Assembly (NCBI GenBank): GCA_031580735.1
Contig: JAVLAV010000004.1
Coordinates: 583-64,582 of the forward strand
Direction: 5' to 3'
Origin: Marinobacter sp.
Lineage (GTDB): Bacteria; Pseudomonadota; Gammaproteobacteria; Pseudomonadales; Oleiphilaceae
Length of the DNA: 64,000 nucleotides
How positions within the stretch are numbered: the first letter of the stretch is position 1; each line of letters begins with the position of its first letter. Position numbers and translations under genes: made by a program. Of the stretch, positions 21,427-31,419 are shown piece by piece. The notes beneath the pieces were generated by a model that worked only from the letters and a program-made list of their open reading frames with translations, made no database searches and was not told the origin of the DNA.

Positions 21427-21470
21427 TTCCTGCCTCCTGAATAAAAAATCACAAAAAACGGCAAACCCGT

Positions 21471-21504
21471 TTGACAAACCTAAACGATAACAATTATCAT
21501 TATC
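21471..21504 (+). promoter_or_regulatory. Sigma70 promoter overlapped by a Fur box
   Basis: TTGACA 21471-21476; TATCAT 21495-21500; GATAACAATTATCATTATC 21486-21504 matches the 19-bp Fur consensus at 16/19. Confidence 0.85.
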
Positions 21505-21506
21505 TC

Positions 21507-21597
21507 ACCAAATGACAAAGGTCGTATCATTTGGTCTCTCTCATCAGGAGCTTTACGCTCTCTTTAACAGCCTCACCTTTCGGTGGGGCTTTTTTTT
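21507..21597 (+). ncRNA. Fur-regulated small RNA, PrrF/RyhB-like (about 90 nt; 5' end approximate)
   Basis: Fur-boxed promoter, 5' hairpin ACCAAATGA/TCATTTGGT, single-stranded CTCTCTCATCAGG resembling the PrrF core CTCATCAGG, intrinsic terminator with T8. Confidence 0.75.
21569..21597 (+). terminator. Intrinsic terminator of the sRNA
   Basis: AGCCTCACC-tttc-GGTGGGGCT followed by a T run. Confidence 0.85.
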
Positions 21598-21608
21598 GCC
21601 TGAACCAA

Positions 21609-22292
21609 TTACCGCCACATTCGCCCACGCAACGGCAGTACCGCCGCGCAGGCCAGACCGGCCAGGAAGCCGCCCAGATGCGCTTCGTTGGCCATTCGGC
21701 CAACGCCCATCATTTCCGGAATGGGGGTATAGCCGATGACCATCCATATCACAGCAAAGGTTACCAGAGCCGGTGGGAACTGGAACCTGGGCCGGCGCTG
21801 CTGGCTTAGCCAGCAAAACGCCAACAAGCCATAGACCACCCCGGAGAGGCCACCAAACAACGGGCCGGAAACCAGGTACTGCAAACTGTTAGAGACCACA
21901 CTGGTTACCAGGAACAGGATAAACAGGCGCCCCCGGCCATCCATCCATTCAATCTGGCTACCCAGAAACCACATCATCACGGAATTGAAAATAAGATGGG
22001 CCCAGCTGAAATGCAGGAAGTCTGGCGTAATCAGGCGCCATACCTGACCGCTTGTCAGCGTCGCCAGCAGGGCATCCAGACGGCCATCCAGCGTTTCAAA
22101 GGCACTCCATGAAAACTGCCGGGGATCTGCCATCATCATGGAGGCGGCCACTGAATTCTGCCCCATAGCCGTCAGCCAGACGGCAACCAGAGCAATGGCA
22201 ATAATCACTGCCACGGCAGGCGCATGCCGTGGCGCCGGTTGCCACCGGCCTGACGGCGTAATCGGGGACGATTGCTGTGTTTCCAAGATCAC
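21609..22292 (-). CDS. Rhomboid family intramembrane serine protease (GlpG-like)
   Basis: WRLITPDFLHFSWAHLIFN, GGLSGVVYG, ANEAHLGGF. Confidence 0.92.
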   Translation of the reverse strand: MILETQQSSPITPSGRWQPAPRHAPAVAVIIAIALVAVWLTAMGQNSVAASMMMADPRQFSWSAFETLDGRLDALLATLTSGQVWRLITPDFLHFSWAHLIFNSVMMWFLGSQIEWMDGRGRLFILFLVTSVVSNSLQYLVSGPLFGGLSGVVYGLLAFCWLSQQRRPRFQFPPALVTFAVIWMVIGYTPIPEMMGVGRMANEAHLGGFLAGLACAAVLPLRGRMWR

Positions 22293-22303
22293 CTCTTCGG
22301 GTT

Positions 22304-23317
22304 TCAGCGTGCGACGCTGTCTTCGCTTGCCGGGTAATCCGGCCGCTCAGGTTTGTCTACATCGATCCAGACGAACTTGTCCCGGGACAGCACCTGTTCG
22401 CCGTCCATCCGGTAAGCCACCATTTTGTCGTACTTCACCGCACTGTAATCAATGCAGGCGACATTAGGCTTCAATGGCCCAGGCTCACCTTCCATCCAGT
22501 AATGCCCGACAAAAACCGGAGGCGCGTCCGGCGGATAGAACAGCAGCTGTTCGCGTTCTTCATCCGTCAGACGGTGCTGGGCCACTTCCGGCGGCAGCGG
22601 GTCTGGCTGAAATACCACATCCGCATAGGTTTCCGGATTCTCTGACCAGAATTTCGTGCGGAAAAATTCCCGCACATAACCGTCCGCGCCGGTGATCGCC
22701 ATGCCCTCGGGCAACTTGAGATCGGTACCGCGCAACAAAGTGTCCATTACCTGGCCGGCAAAAGAATCCAGGGCCGCAGAAGCGTGCAGGAATTCTTCGT
22801 CGATACACCCATCGGGATGAATCTGCCGGAACTTGTCGATTAACTGCTGATCCCAGCAGGCATGCACCACCCGGAAATCCTCTTCCTCGATAAACAGAGG
22901 AATGTTGTAAAACCAGTCGAGAAATTCGTTCCACTCATGTGGATACGGATCAAACTGGTCGAGGGTTTCCTTGATCAGGCGATTGTGTCGGCTGTTGTGC
23001 TCACGCAGGAACGTTTTCCCACTACCCGGCCGGGCACGGGTGCAATACCCCATGGCATTGTATTCGTGGTTGCCCATTACAATCCGGGCCGAACCATGCT
23101 CGACCATATCCCGGACCAGATGCAGGGCTTCACGAATGTGTGGCCCACGGTCAATAATATCGCCAATAAAAATGGCCTGACGGCGCGGATGCTGGTAAAT
23201 GCCGTTGGTTTTCCGGTAACCCATCTGCTCCAGCAAAAGCTGCAGGGTGTGGGCACATCCGTGGATGTCGCCAATGATGTCGTAACCGCGACTCTGTTTT
23301 GAAGCTCTTGCCACCAT
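22304..23317 (-). CDS. Metallophosphoesterase (ApaH/PrpE-like; start refined to MVARASK)
   Basis: IGDIHG, IGDIIDRG, MGNHE, VGHYW. Confidence 0.9.
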   Translation of the reverse strand: MVARASKQSRGYDIIGDIHGCAHTLQLLLEQMGYRKTNGIYQHPRRQAIFIGDIIDRGPHIREALHLVRDMVEHGSARIVMGNHEYNAMGYCTRARPGSGKTFLREHNSRHNRLIKETLDQFDPYPHEWNEFLDWFYNIPLFIEEEDFRVVHACWDQQLIDKFRQIHPDGCIDEEFLHASAALDSFAGQVMDTLLRGTDLKLPEGMAITGADGYVREFFRTKFWSENPETYADVVFQPDPLPPEVAQHRLTDEEREQLLFYPPDAPPVFVGHYWMEGEPGPLKPNVACIDYSAVKYDKMVAYRMDGEQVLSRDKFVWIDVDKPERPDYPASEDSVAR

Positions 23318-23319
23318 AA

Positions 23320-24204
23320 TCAGCTCGCTGCTATTTCGCTTGCCCAGCCCAGCTTGTCGCGACAAGTGGCATAGAAGTTGTGATCGGTCGGGTGAATCAG
23401 ACGGATCTTGAACGGCTTTTTACTGATACGGATGATGTCGCCCGGAGCACAGGCTATGTTCATCTGGCCATCGAAACTGACCTGTGGGTAGGTTTCGTTA
23501 GTATCGCCAATAACCAGTTTGATCTCGCTCTTGCCATCCACCACGATCGGCCGGCTGCTGAGCGTATGCGGGAACATGGGCACCAGGGCAATGGCGTCCA
23601 GTTTCGGGTGCATAATCGGCCCGCCGGCGGATAGAGAATACGCTGTAGAGCCGGTTGGCGTGGACACAATCAGGCCATCCGACCGCTGGCTGTAAACAAA
23701 GTGGCCATCGATGAACAGGTCAAAACCGATCATCCGGGTCGACTTGCCCGGGTGCAGAACCACGTCGTTAAGCGCCGAACCGTAACCCAGTGGCTGACCA
23801 TTGCGCTCCACGTAGCCGTCGAGCAGAAAGCGCGACTCTTCGATGTAGTTACCGGCAAGCACTTCGGCCAGGCGCTCCTCCAGGTCCGACGGCGAGATGT
23901 CGGTCAGGAACCCCAGCCGGCCGCGGTTCACGCCAAGAATCGGGATTTTAGACTTGGCCAGTTCACGGGCGGCGCCCAGCAGGCTGCCATCACCACCCAC
24001 AACAATCACCAGATCACAGATCTCACCCAGCAATTTTTTGCTGGCCACCTGCAACCCGTGTCCGGGGATCATGGTTGAGGTGTTTTCTTCAATGATGACG
24101 TGATAATCGTGAGCGGTCAGATAGTGTTTGAGCTGCCGTAGCGACTCAACCACTTTGACGCTGCCCATGCGTCCGACAATGCCGATATTCCTGAACTGGT
24201 CCAT
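23320..24204 (-). CDS. nadK: NAD(+) kinase
   Basis: GGDGSLL, GRLGFL, ALND, STPTGSTAYSLSAGGP. Confidence 0.96.
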   Translation of the reverse strand: MDQFRNIGIVGRMGSVKVVESLRQLKHYLTAHDYHVIIEENTSTMIPGHGLQVASKKLLGEICDLVIVVGGDGSLLGAARELAKSKIPILGVNRGRLGFLTDISPSDLEERLAEVLAGNYIEESRFLLDGYVERNGQPLGYGSALNDVVLHPGKSTRMIGFDLFIDGHFVYSQRSDGLIVSTPTGSTAYSLSAGGPIMHPKLDAIALVPMFPHTLSSRPIVVDGKSEIKLVIGDTNETYPQVSFDGQMNIACAPGDIIRISKKPFKIRLIHPTDHNFYATCRDKLGWASEIAAS

Positions 24205-24313
24205 GAACGATCCCGTGGTGTCTGTGTGAACGAGAGTTGGCCACAGCTACTCTCTACGCCTGAGCCAATATAACAGTTTAACGAAATTCGGGCAGGTACT
24301 GAAAAGTTGCCGA

Positions 24314-25555
24314 TCAATCAGGGCGGTGCTGGTCACAGCGATCATCAATACCCGCGCGGAACTCCGATGGCTGGGTCACTCTCATGATAGGTTCACCGCA
24401 GGTATTTCCGTTGGCATCCACATGGTTGCACACCGGCTGTTCGTAATGAGACAGCCATTCCCGGTAGGCGGGTTCATTCATTCCGCAACGGTCGGCCGCA
24501 TAGGCAACGGGGTTGTTGAAGTAGGCGTCAATATCGTCATAAGGAAGGGTGATATGGCCGACACCGGGATGGTAGGCCACCAGAAACACGGCCTGTTGTC
24601 GAAGGTGATCCAGCAATGAGTTTTCAGGGGGATCCTGGTGCTGGAATTCCTTGTTTTCCTGCTCCAGGGCCTGGATCTTTCCATCCCGAAGCTCCAGCTC
24701 ACGCTGTTTGCGCTCCAGTTGTTCACGCAACAGCACGGTTTCAGCACTGGCGTTGGCCTGCTCGTCGTTACCACCTTCATCCGGGGTCAGCTTTTCCTGC
24801 ATGGCCAGGTATTGCTCATTGCGCCTGGCCAGGCGGTGCTTGAGCTGTTCATTGGTGACCCGCAGCCGTTCGTATTTCTGTTTAAGCTCCGAGATTTCGT
24901 TGCGCAGAGCCTGCAGTTCAAGGCGGTGCTCACGCTGTAATTCCACCATCGATTCACGGTGAGCGCTCTGCAGGGTTTTAATACGAAGGCGCTGTTCACG
25001 CAACACCCGGGCCACGCGAATCCGGTCCTGGCTGTTACTTTCCTGATTATCCGCCGATTCACTGTCCGCGGCCTGCAGAACCGGAATATTTTCATCCTCT
25101 GGTTCCACTTTCTGAAATCGCAACGCATTGGCCTCGACGGCCTTGCGGATTGACTGGAAATGGTTGTTGCCCGGGGTCATATCCGGATCCCAGAGTTCCT
25201 CGGCGAACTGCGGATCCGGACACTGGCTACGACACACCAGACTGACAGGGCCTCCGCCCAGGTCAGGCCCTTTGGCGCCACGCTCGGCCATCGCCTCAAT
25301 GGGCACATTCCAACTGCTGTCTGCCCGGCCTTCCTCATCAAACCAGATGCGGAAAAATACCAGTGAGCGTGTGGTCAGATCCGGGTTCAGGTTGACCAGA
25401 ACCGCCCGCACATCCGTTTCAGCAAGGTCGCTGAGCCCGACATACCCATCAAGGAAGGCACCAAATTCCGACAATCGCATCTGTCGGGCAACCTGGTTGC
25501 CGTCCATAAAGAAAATCGCCGAATAGCCATCAACTGCCTGGCCGGCATTAACCAT
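24314..25555 (-). CDS. Hypothetical protein with a central coiled coil and a Cys/His-containing C-terminus
   Basis: 413-aa ORF with host-like codon usage; long E/Q/R/L heptad region; no Walker A motif seen. Confidence 0.75.
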   Translation of the reverse strand: MVNAGQAVDGYSAIFFMDGNQVARQMRLSEFGAFLDGYVGLSDLAETDVRAVLVNLNPDLTTRSLVFFRIWFDEEGRADSSWNVPIEAMAERGAKGPDLGGGPVSLVCRSQCPDPQFAEELWDPDMTPGNNHFQSIRKAVEANALRFQKVEPEDENIPVLQAADSESADNQESNSQDRIRVARVLREQRLRIKTLQSAHRESMVELQREHRLELQALRNEISELKQKYERLRVTNEQLKHRLARRNEQYLAMQEKLTPDEGGNDEQANASAETVLLREQLERKQRELELRDGKIQALEQENKEFQHQDPPENSLLDHLRQQAVFLVAYHPGVGHITLPYDDIDAYFNNPVAYAADRCGMNEPAYREWLSHYEQPVCNHVDANGNTCGEPIMRVTQPSEFRAGIDDRCDQHRPD

Positions 25556-25669
25556 TCATCTTCTCCAGAGCCCGGGAATGTCTTTTGCAAACATCTTTTG
25601 CAGATGTGTTTTGCAACAGTCTAGCCCGACACCATCCGGAACACAGCGACAAACTGCAAACTTTTGCAA

Positions 25670-27802
<2,133 letters not shown>

Positions 27803-27833
27803 TTAAACAACATTTGATTATCTTTAAACAACA
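27803..27833. promoter_or_regulatory. Tandem direct repeat TTAAACAACA, 21 bp apart; candidate AraC-family site
   Basis: Copies at 27803-27812 and 27824-27833 between fadH and the divergent AraC regulator. Confidence 0.45.
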
Positions 27834-27847
27834 GCAATAATAGGCGC

Positions 27848-28891
27848 ATGCATAACACCAAACCACACAGCCAGAACGCCCTGGGCGACATCAGCCTGCT
27901 TCACGTCTCGGTACTCTTACGCGCGGCACAAGCGGAAGGCGCTAACATCCGGCAGCTGACCGAGCAGTTCCAACTGAATGCCCCGGAACTGGCCTCACCA
28001 GACGCCAGGATAAGCATTCCGCGATTCATGCGACTGGGGCACGCGGCAATAACCGCCACCGGGAACCCGGCCCTGGGCCTGCGCATGGGAGCGGCAACCC
28101 GGCCGGTTGATGCCGGCATCGCCGGATTGGCGGCCGAAACGGCCGGCACGGTCCACGAGGCATTGGCGACACTGGTACGCTATTCACTTCTGACCAGCCA
28201 GAATTCCCGGGGGGAGCCCGGTATCGACGCCGACGATAAAACGGTGCAGTTTTATTCCATCCGCCCCTATAACCGCTACAACCTTTTTGTCGTCGATTCC
28301 GTGCTGGCCGCCTGGACTCAGTTGGTTCGCCATATGACCGGACACTACGACGTGGTCGAGAGAGTACGCATAGAGTACCCGTCAACCGGGCTTGATGAGG
28401 TGTTCGAAAGCTGGTTCCGGTGTCCGGTGGAGTTCGGCGCTGACGAGAATTCGGTTCGGTTCAGAAAGGATTGCTGGCTGCTGGAGCCAGCACAGGCACA
28501 CCGCGGAATGCACGAAAAGCTCAAAGCCGTGTGTGAAAAGGAATTTCAACAGATTCGAAAAGGCTGGCGAGTGACCGACAGAGTCAGGCACCTGATCACA
28601 CCCCTGTTACAGGGCAGAACACCGACACTGGATATGTTGGCAGCGAAGCTGGGCACCACACCCTGGACGCTGCAAAGACACCTGGTAGACGAAGGAACCG
28701 GATTCCGGCAATTGCTGGATGACACCAGAAAACAGCTGGCGTTTGATTACCTGAGGGAAACAGATCTTTCGCTGGCGGAAATCGCCTGGCTACTGGGCTT
28801 TTCCAACCCGCCGGCTTTTCACAAAGCTTTCAGACGCTGGTATGGAACAAGTCCGGGGGAACACAGAAAACAGGGAGTAAAGAAACAATAA
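27848..28891 (+). CDS. AraC family transcriptional regulator (OruR/ArgR-like)
   Basis: C-terminal double HTH: TLQRHL...SLAEIAWLLGFSNPPAFHKAFRRWYGTSP. Confidence 0.92.
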   Translation: MHNTKPHSQNALGDISLLHVSVLLRAAQAEGANIRQLTEQFQLNAPELASPDARISIPRFMRLGHAAITATGNPALGLRMGAATRPVDAGIAGLAAETAGTVHEALATLVRYSLLTSQNSRGEPGIDADDKTVQFYSIRPYNRYNLFVVDSVLAAWTQLVRHMTGHYDVVERVRIEYPSTGLDEVFESWFRCPVEFGADENSVRFRKDCWLLEPAQAHRGMHEKLKAVCEKEFQQIRKGWRVTDRVRHLITPLLQGRTPTLDMLAAKLGTTPWTLQRHLVDEGTGFRQLLDDTRKQLAFDYLRETDLSLAEIAWLLGFSNPPAFHKAFRRWYGTSPGEHRKQGVKKQ

Positions 28892-28906
28892 CAGGGAGAG
28901 AAAAAA

Positions 28907-28983
28907 TGGCGGAGCGGACGGGACTCGAACCCGCGACCCCCGGCGTGACAGGCCGGTATTCTAACCAACTGAACTACCGCTCC
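28907..28983 (-). tRNA. tRNA-Asp (GTC)
   Basis: GGAGCGGTAGTTCAGTTGGTTAGAATACCGGCCTGTCACGCCGGGGGTCGCGGGTTCGAGTCCCGTCCGCTCCGCCA; 77 nt with encoded CCA. Confidence 0.99.
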
Positions 28984-29034
28984 GCGTAGTCTTACCAAGC
29001 CGTGCTGATGACTGCTCGGTGACAACGAGGGCGA

Positions 29035-29062
29035 ATTATATAGATGCCCCCGAGTATGTCAA
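29035..29062 (-). promoter_or_regulatory. Stable-RNA sigma70 promoter of tRNA-Asp
   Basis: TTGACA-16 nt-TATAAT followed by the GC-rich discriminator TCGCCC. Confidence 0.88.
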
Positions 29063-29118
29063 CGCTTTTACAAAAACTTTTTCCCGGCGCCTGTTCCGGC
29101 ACCGGCCACGCCACTGGA

Positions 29119-30690
29119 TCAGCTCTCGTCCAGGGCGCAGGGCTCACCTTCCACACCGGCCAGAGGCAGTGTGAAATAGAAACAGGCGCCGCCGTCTTCC
29201 GGGCGCTCGAAACCAATATCACCACCCTGAGCCTGAATCAGCGAGCGGCAGGTGGCCAGGCCAATACCCATGCCCTCTTCTTTGGTGGTATGAAAAGGGT
29301 GAAACAGCTTCTCTTCGGCTTCTTCATCAACACCCACCCCATGATCCCTGACCTGAACCCTGACACAATGCTCTCCACACCGTCGGGCACTCACTTCCAC
29401 CGGTTCGGCGGAGCCCGCACTGCGGGTTGATTCAAGCGCGTTGCGGATCAGGTTCAGGGCCACCTGCTGCACCTGAATCGGATCTGCCAGCACGTCAGGC
29501 AGACCTTCTTCAAGGCGCACTTCAATGCCGCCGGCGTTATTGCGCATATCCACTTCCGCAAACTGGCGGGTGTCTTCCAGCAATGTCGACACCGATACAA
29601 CTTCTTTACCGGTAGCCGGCTTTTTCATGAACCGGCGAATACGCCGGATAATCTCACTGGCCCGGTGCGACTGGGCTTCAATCTTGTCCAGCGTTTGCCC
29701 CAGCAACGCCAGATCCGGCTCGTCTTTGGCCATCATTCGCTTGGAGACGCGGGCATAATTGGTGATAGCCGTCAGCGGCTGGTTCACTTCGTGAGCGAAA
29801 CCTGCCGCCATTTCACCCATGGTTGTCAGCCGGGAGGTGTGGGCCAACTGATCCCGCTGTTCCTGAACCAGCGCCCTGGCGTCTTCCAGCGCCTGCTCGT
29901 TTTTCAGTTCTTCGCTGATATCACGAAACACCACTACCGCACCGTGCAACTCATCGCTGTCCAGCTTCGGAGTGGCCCGGTATTCTGCCGGAAACCCGCT
30001 GCCATCAGCTCGCAGCATGCAGATATCCCGTTGATTCTCCGCAACGCCCTGCTGACAGGTTGCCATTACCGGCAGGTTCTCGGGAGCCTCGGCTTCGGTT
30101 GAAAAATGCAGTTCAAAAAAACTCCGCCCAATCAGCTCTTCGGCCGGGCAGCCAGTAATCATGGCCGCAGCCGGATTGGCAAACTCGATAACGCCGTTCT
30201 CATCCAGCCCGTAAATGCCTTCGCTGATGGAGTTGAGAATACGGGTCTGATCACCCTGCAATTCCCGGTTACGGCTCTGCATTTCCCGTTCAAGACGAAT
30301 CACCCGGGCATGGGTTTTCACCCTGGCAATCACTTCCTGGGATTCAAAAGGCTTGGAAATATAATCGGCGCCGCCAAGGGAGAAACCTTTAACCTTGGCT
30401 TGCAGATCATCCAGGGCGGACAGAAACACAACGGCCGAATCAGCCGTATCAGGATCGGCTTTCAGGCGTTCACACACCTCGTAGCCATCCATTTCGGGCA
30501 TCATAATATCCAGCAGGATAACTTCGGGGTGGTGTCTGTGAGCGAGGTCCAGCGCTTTTTCGCCCTCATTGGCGATCAACAGCCGGTAGCCTTTGTCTTT
30601 CAAAGTCTCGTAGAGGACTTTCAGGTTCTGCGGGTTGTCATCCACCAGCAGTACCGTCACCTCCGGGTTTTCGCTGACAAGATCAGTCAT
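29119..30690 (-). CDS. Hybrid sensor kinase, REC-PAS-HisKA-HATPase (FixL-like)
   Basis: N-terminal receiver (LLVDD, LLDIMMP), PAS, AHEVNQPL, GMGIGL. Confidence 0.9.
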   Translation of the reverse strand: MTDLVSENPEVTVLLVDDNPQNLKVLYETLKDKGYRLLIANEGEKALDLAHRHHPEVILLDIMMPEMDGYEVCERLKADPDTADSAVVFLSALDDLQAKVKGFSLGGADYISKPFESQEVIARVKTHARVIRLEREMQSRNRELQGDQTRILNSISEGIYGLDENGVIEFANPAAAMITGCPAEELIGRSFFELHFSTEAEAPENLPVMATCQQGVAENQRDICMLRADGSGFPAEYRATPKLDSDELHGAVVVFRDISEELKNEQALEDARALVQEQRDQLAHTSRLTTMGEMAAGFAHEVNQPLTAITNYARVSKRMMAKDEPDLALLGQTLDKIEAQSHRASEIIRRIRRFMKKPATGKEVVSVSTLLEDTRQFAEVDMRNNAGGIEVRLEEGLPDVLADPIQVQQVALNLIRNALESTRSAGSAEPVEVSARRCGEHCVRVQVRDHGVGVDEEAEEKLFHPFHTTKEEGMGIGLATCRSLIQAQGGDIGFERPEDGGACFYFTLPLAGVEGEPCALDES

Positions 30691-30741
30691 AGAAACAGAG
30701 CCGGTTGAAAACGTGGCGGTATAATGACGATACCAAACCGG

Positions 30742-31362
30742 CTAGTCGATAAGTTCCTTTACTGACAGGACCATACGCACCAAATGTGCCAGCGAATGGG
30801 TGCCCATCTTGTGCATGACGCGGGAACGGTGAATCTCCACTGTGCGCTGGCTGATCTCCAGCTCAATGGCAATCACCTTATTGGCCTGGCCGGCAATCAT
30901 CCGGTCCATGATTTCCCGTTCACGGGGCGTCAGGCTTTTTATCCGGCGGATGATTTCCTGCTTCTCATCCAGAGATTTCCGCTGATCGCGATCCTGTTCC
31001 AGGGCAGCTTCGATTTTTTCCAGCAATGCCTCCTCGCGGTAAGGTTTCTGGATAAAATCCACTGCGCCTTCCTTCATGGCATCTACTGCCATGGGTACAT
31101 CACCATGACCGGTTACGAAAATAATCGGCAGGATCGAGTGCTTCTCGTTCAGCTTCTTCTGCAATTCCATGCCATCCATACCCGGCATACGGATATCCAG
31201 CACAATGCAGCCGGCCATCTTGTCAGAGTAATCCTTGAGAAAGGCGTTGGCGCTTTCGTAGGTCTGAACCGGCTTGCCATCAGATTTAAGCAACAACTCC
31301 AGTGAATCACGGACGGCTTCGTCGTCCTCTACCACATACACAGTCTGCTGGATATCAGTCAT
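30742..31362 (-). CDS. FixJ/LuxR family response regulator
   Basis: VVEDD, CIVLDIRMPGMDG, LTPREREI...RTVEIHRSRVMHK. Confidence 0.92.
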   Translation of the reverse strand: MTDIQQTVYVVEDDEAVRDSLELLLKSDGKPVQTYESANAFLKDYSDKMAGCIVLDIRMPGMDGMELQKKLNEKHSILPIIFVTGHGDVPMAVDAMKEGAVDFIQKPYREEALLEKIEAALEQDRDQRKSLDEKQEIIRRIKSLTPREREIMDRMIAGQANKVIAIELEISQRTVEIHRSRVMHKMGTHSLAHLVRMVLSVKELID

Positions 31363-31419
31363 GGATCGGTACTCTCCTATCCGTTTGTTATTGGCCTGTC
31401 CGCTTTGTTATTGGGCCGG

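Noticed and set aside
21512-21816. Small ORFs overlapping the yeaC-rhomboid gap
   Set aside because: They cross a strong terminator and overlap the rhomboid gene; an ncRNA explains the region better
28860-28983. Genomic island integrated at tRNA-Asp
   Set aside because: No integrase nearby and no duplicated tRNA 3' end noticed
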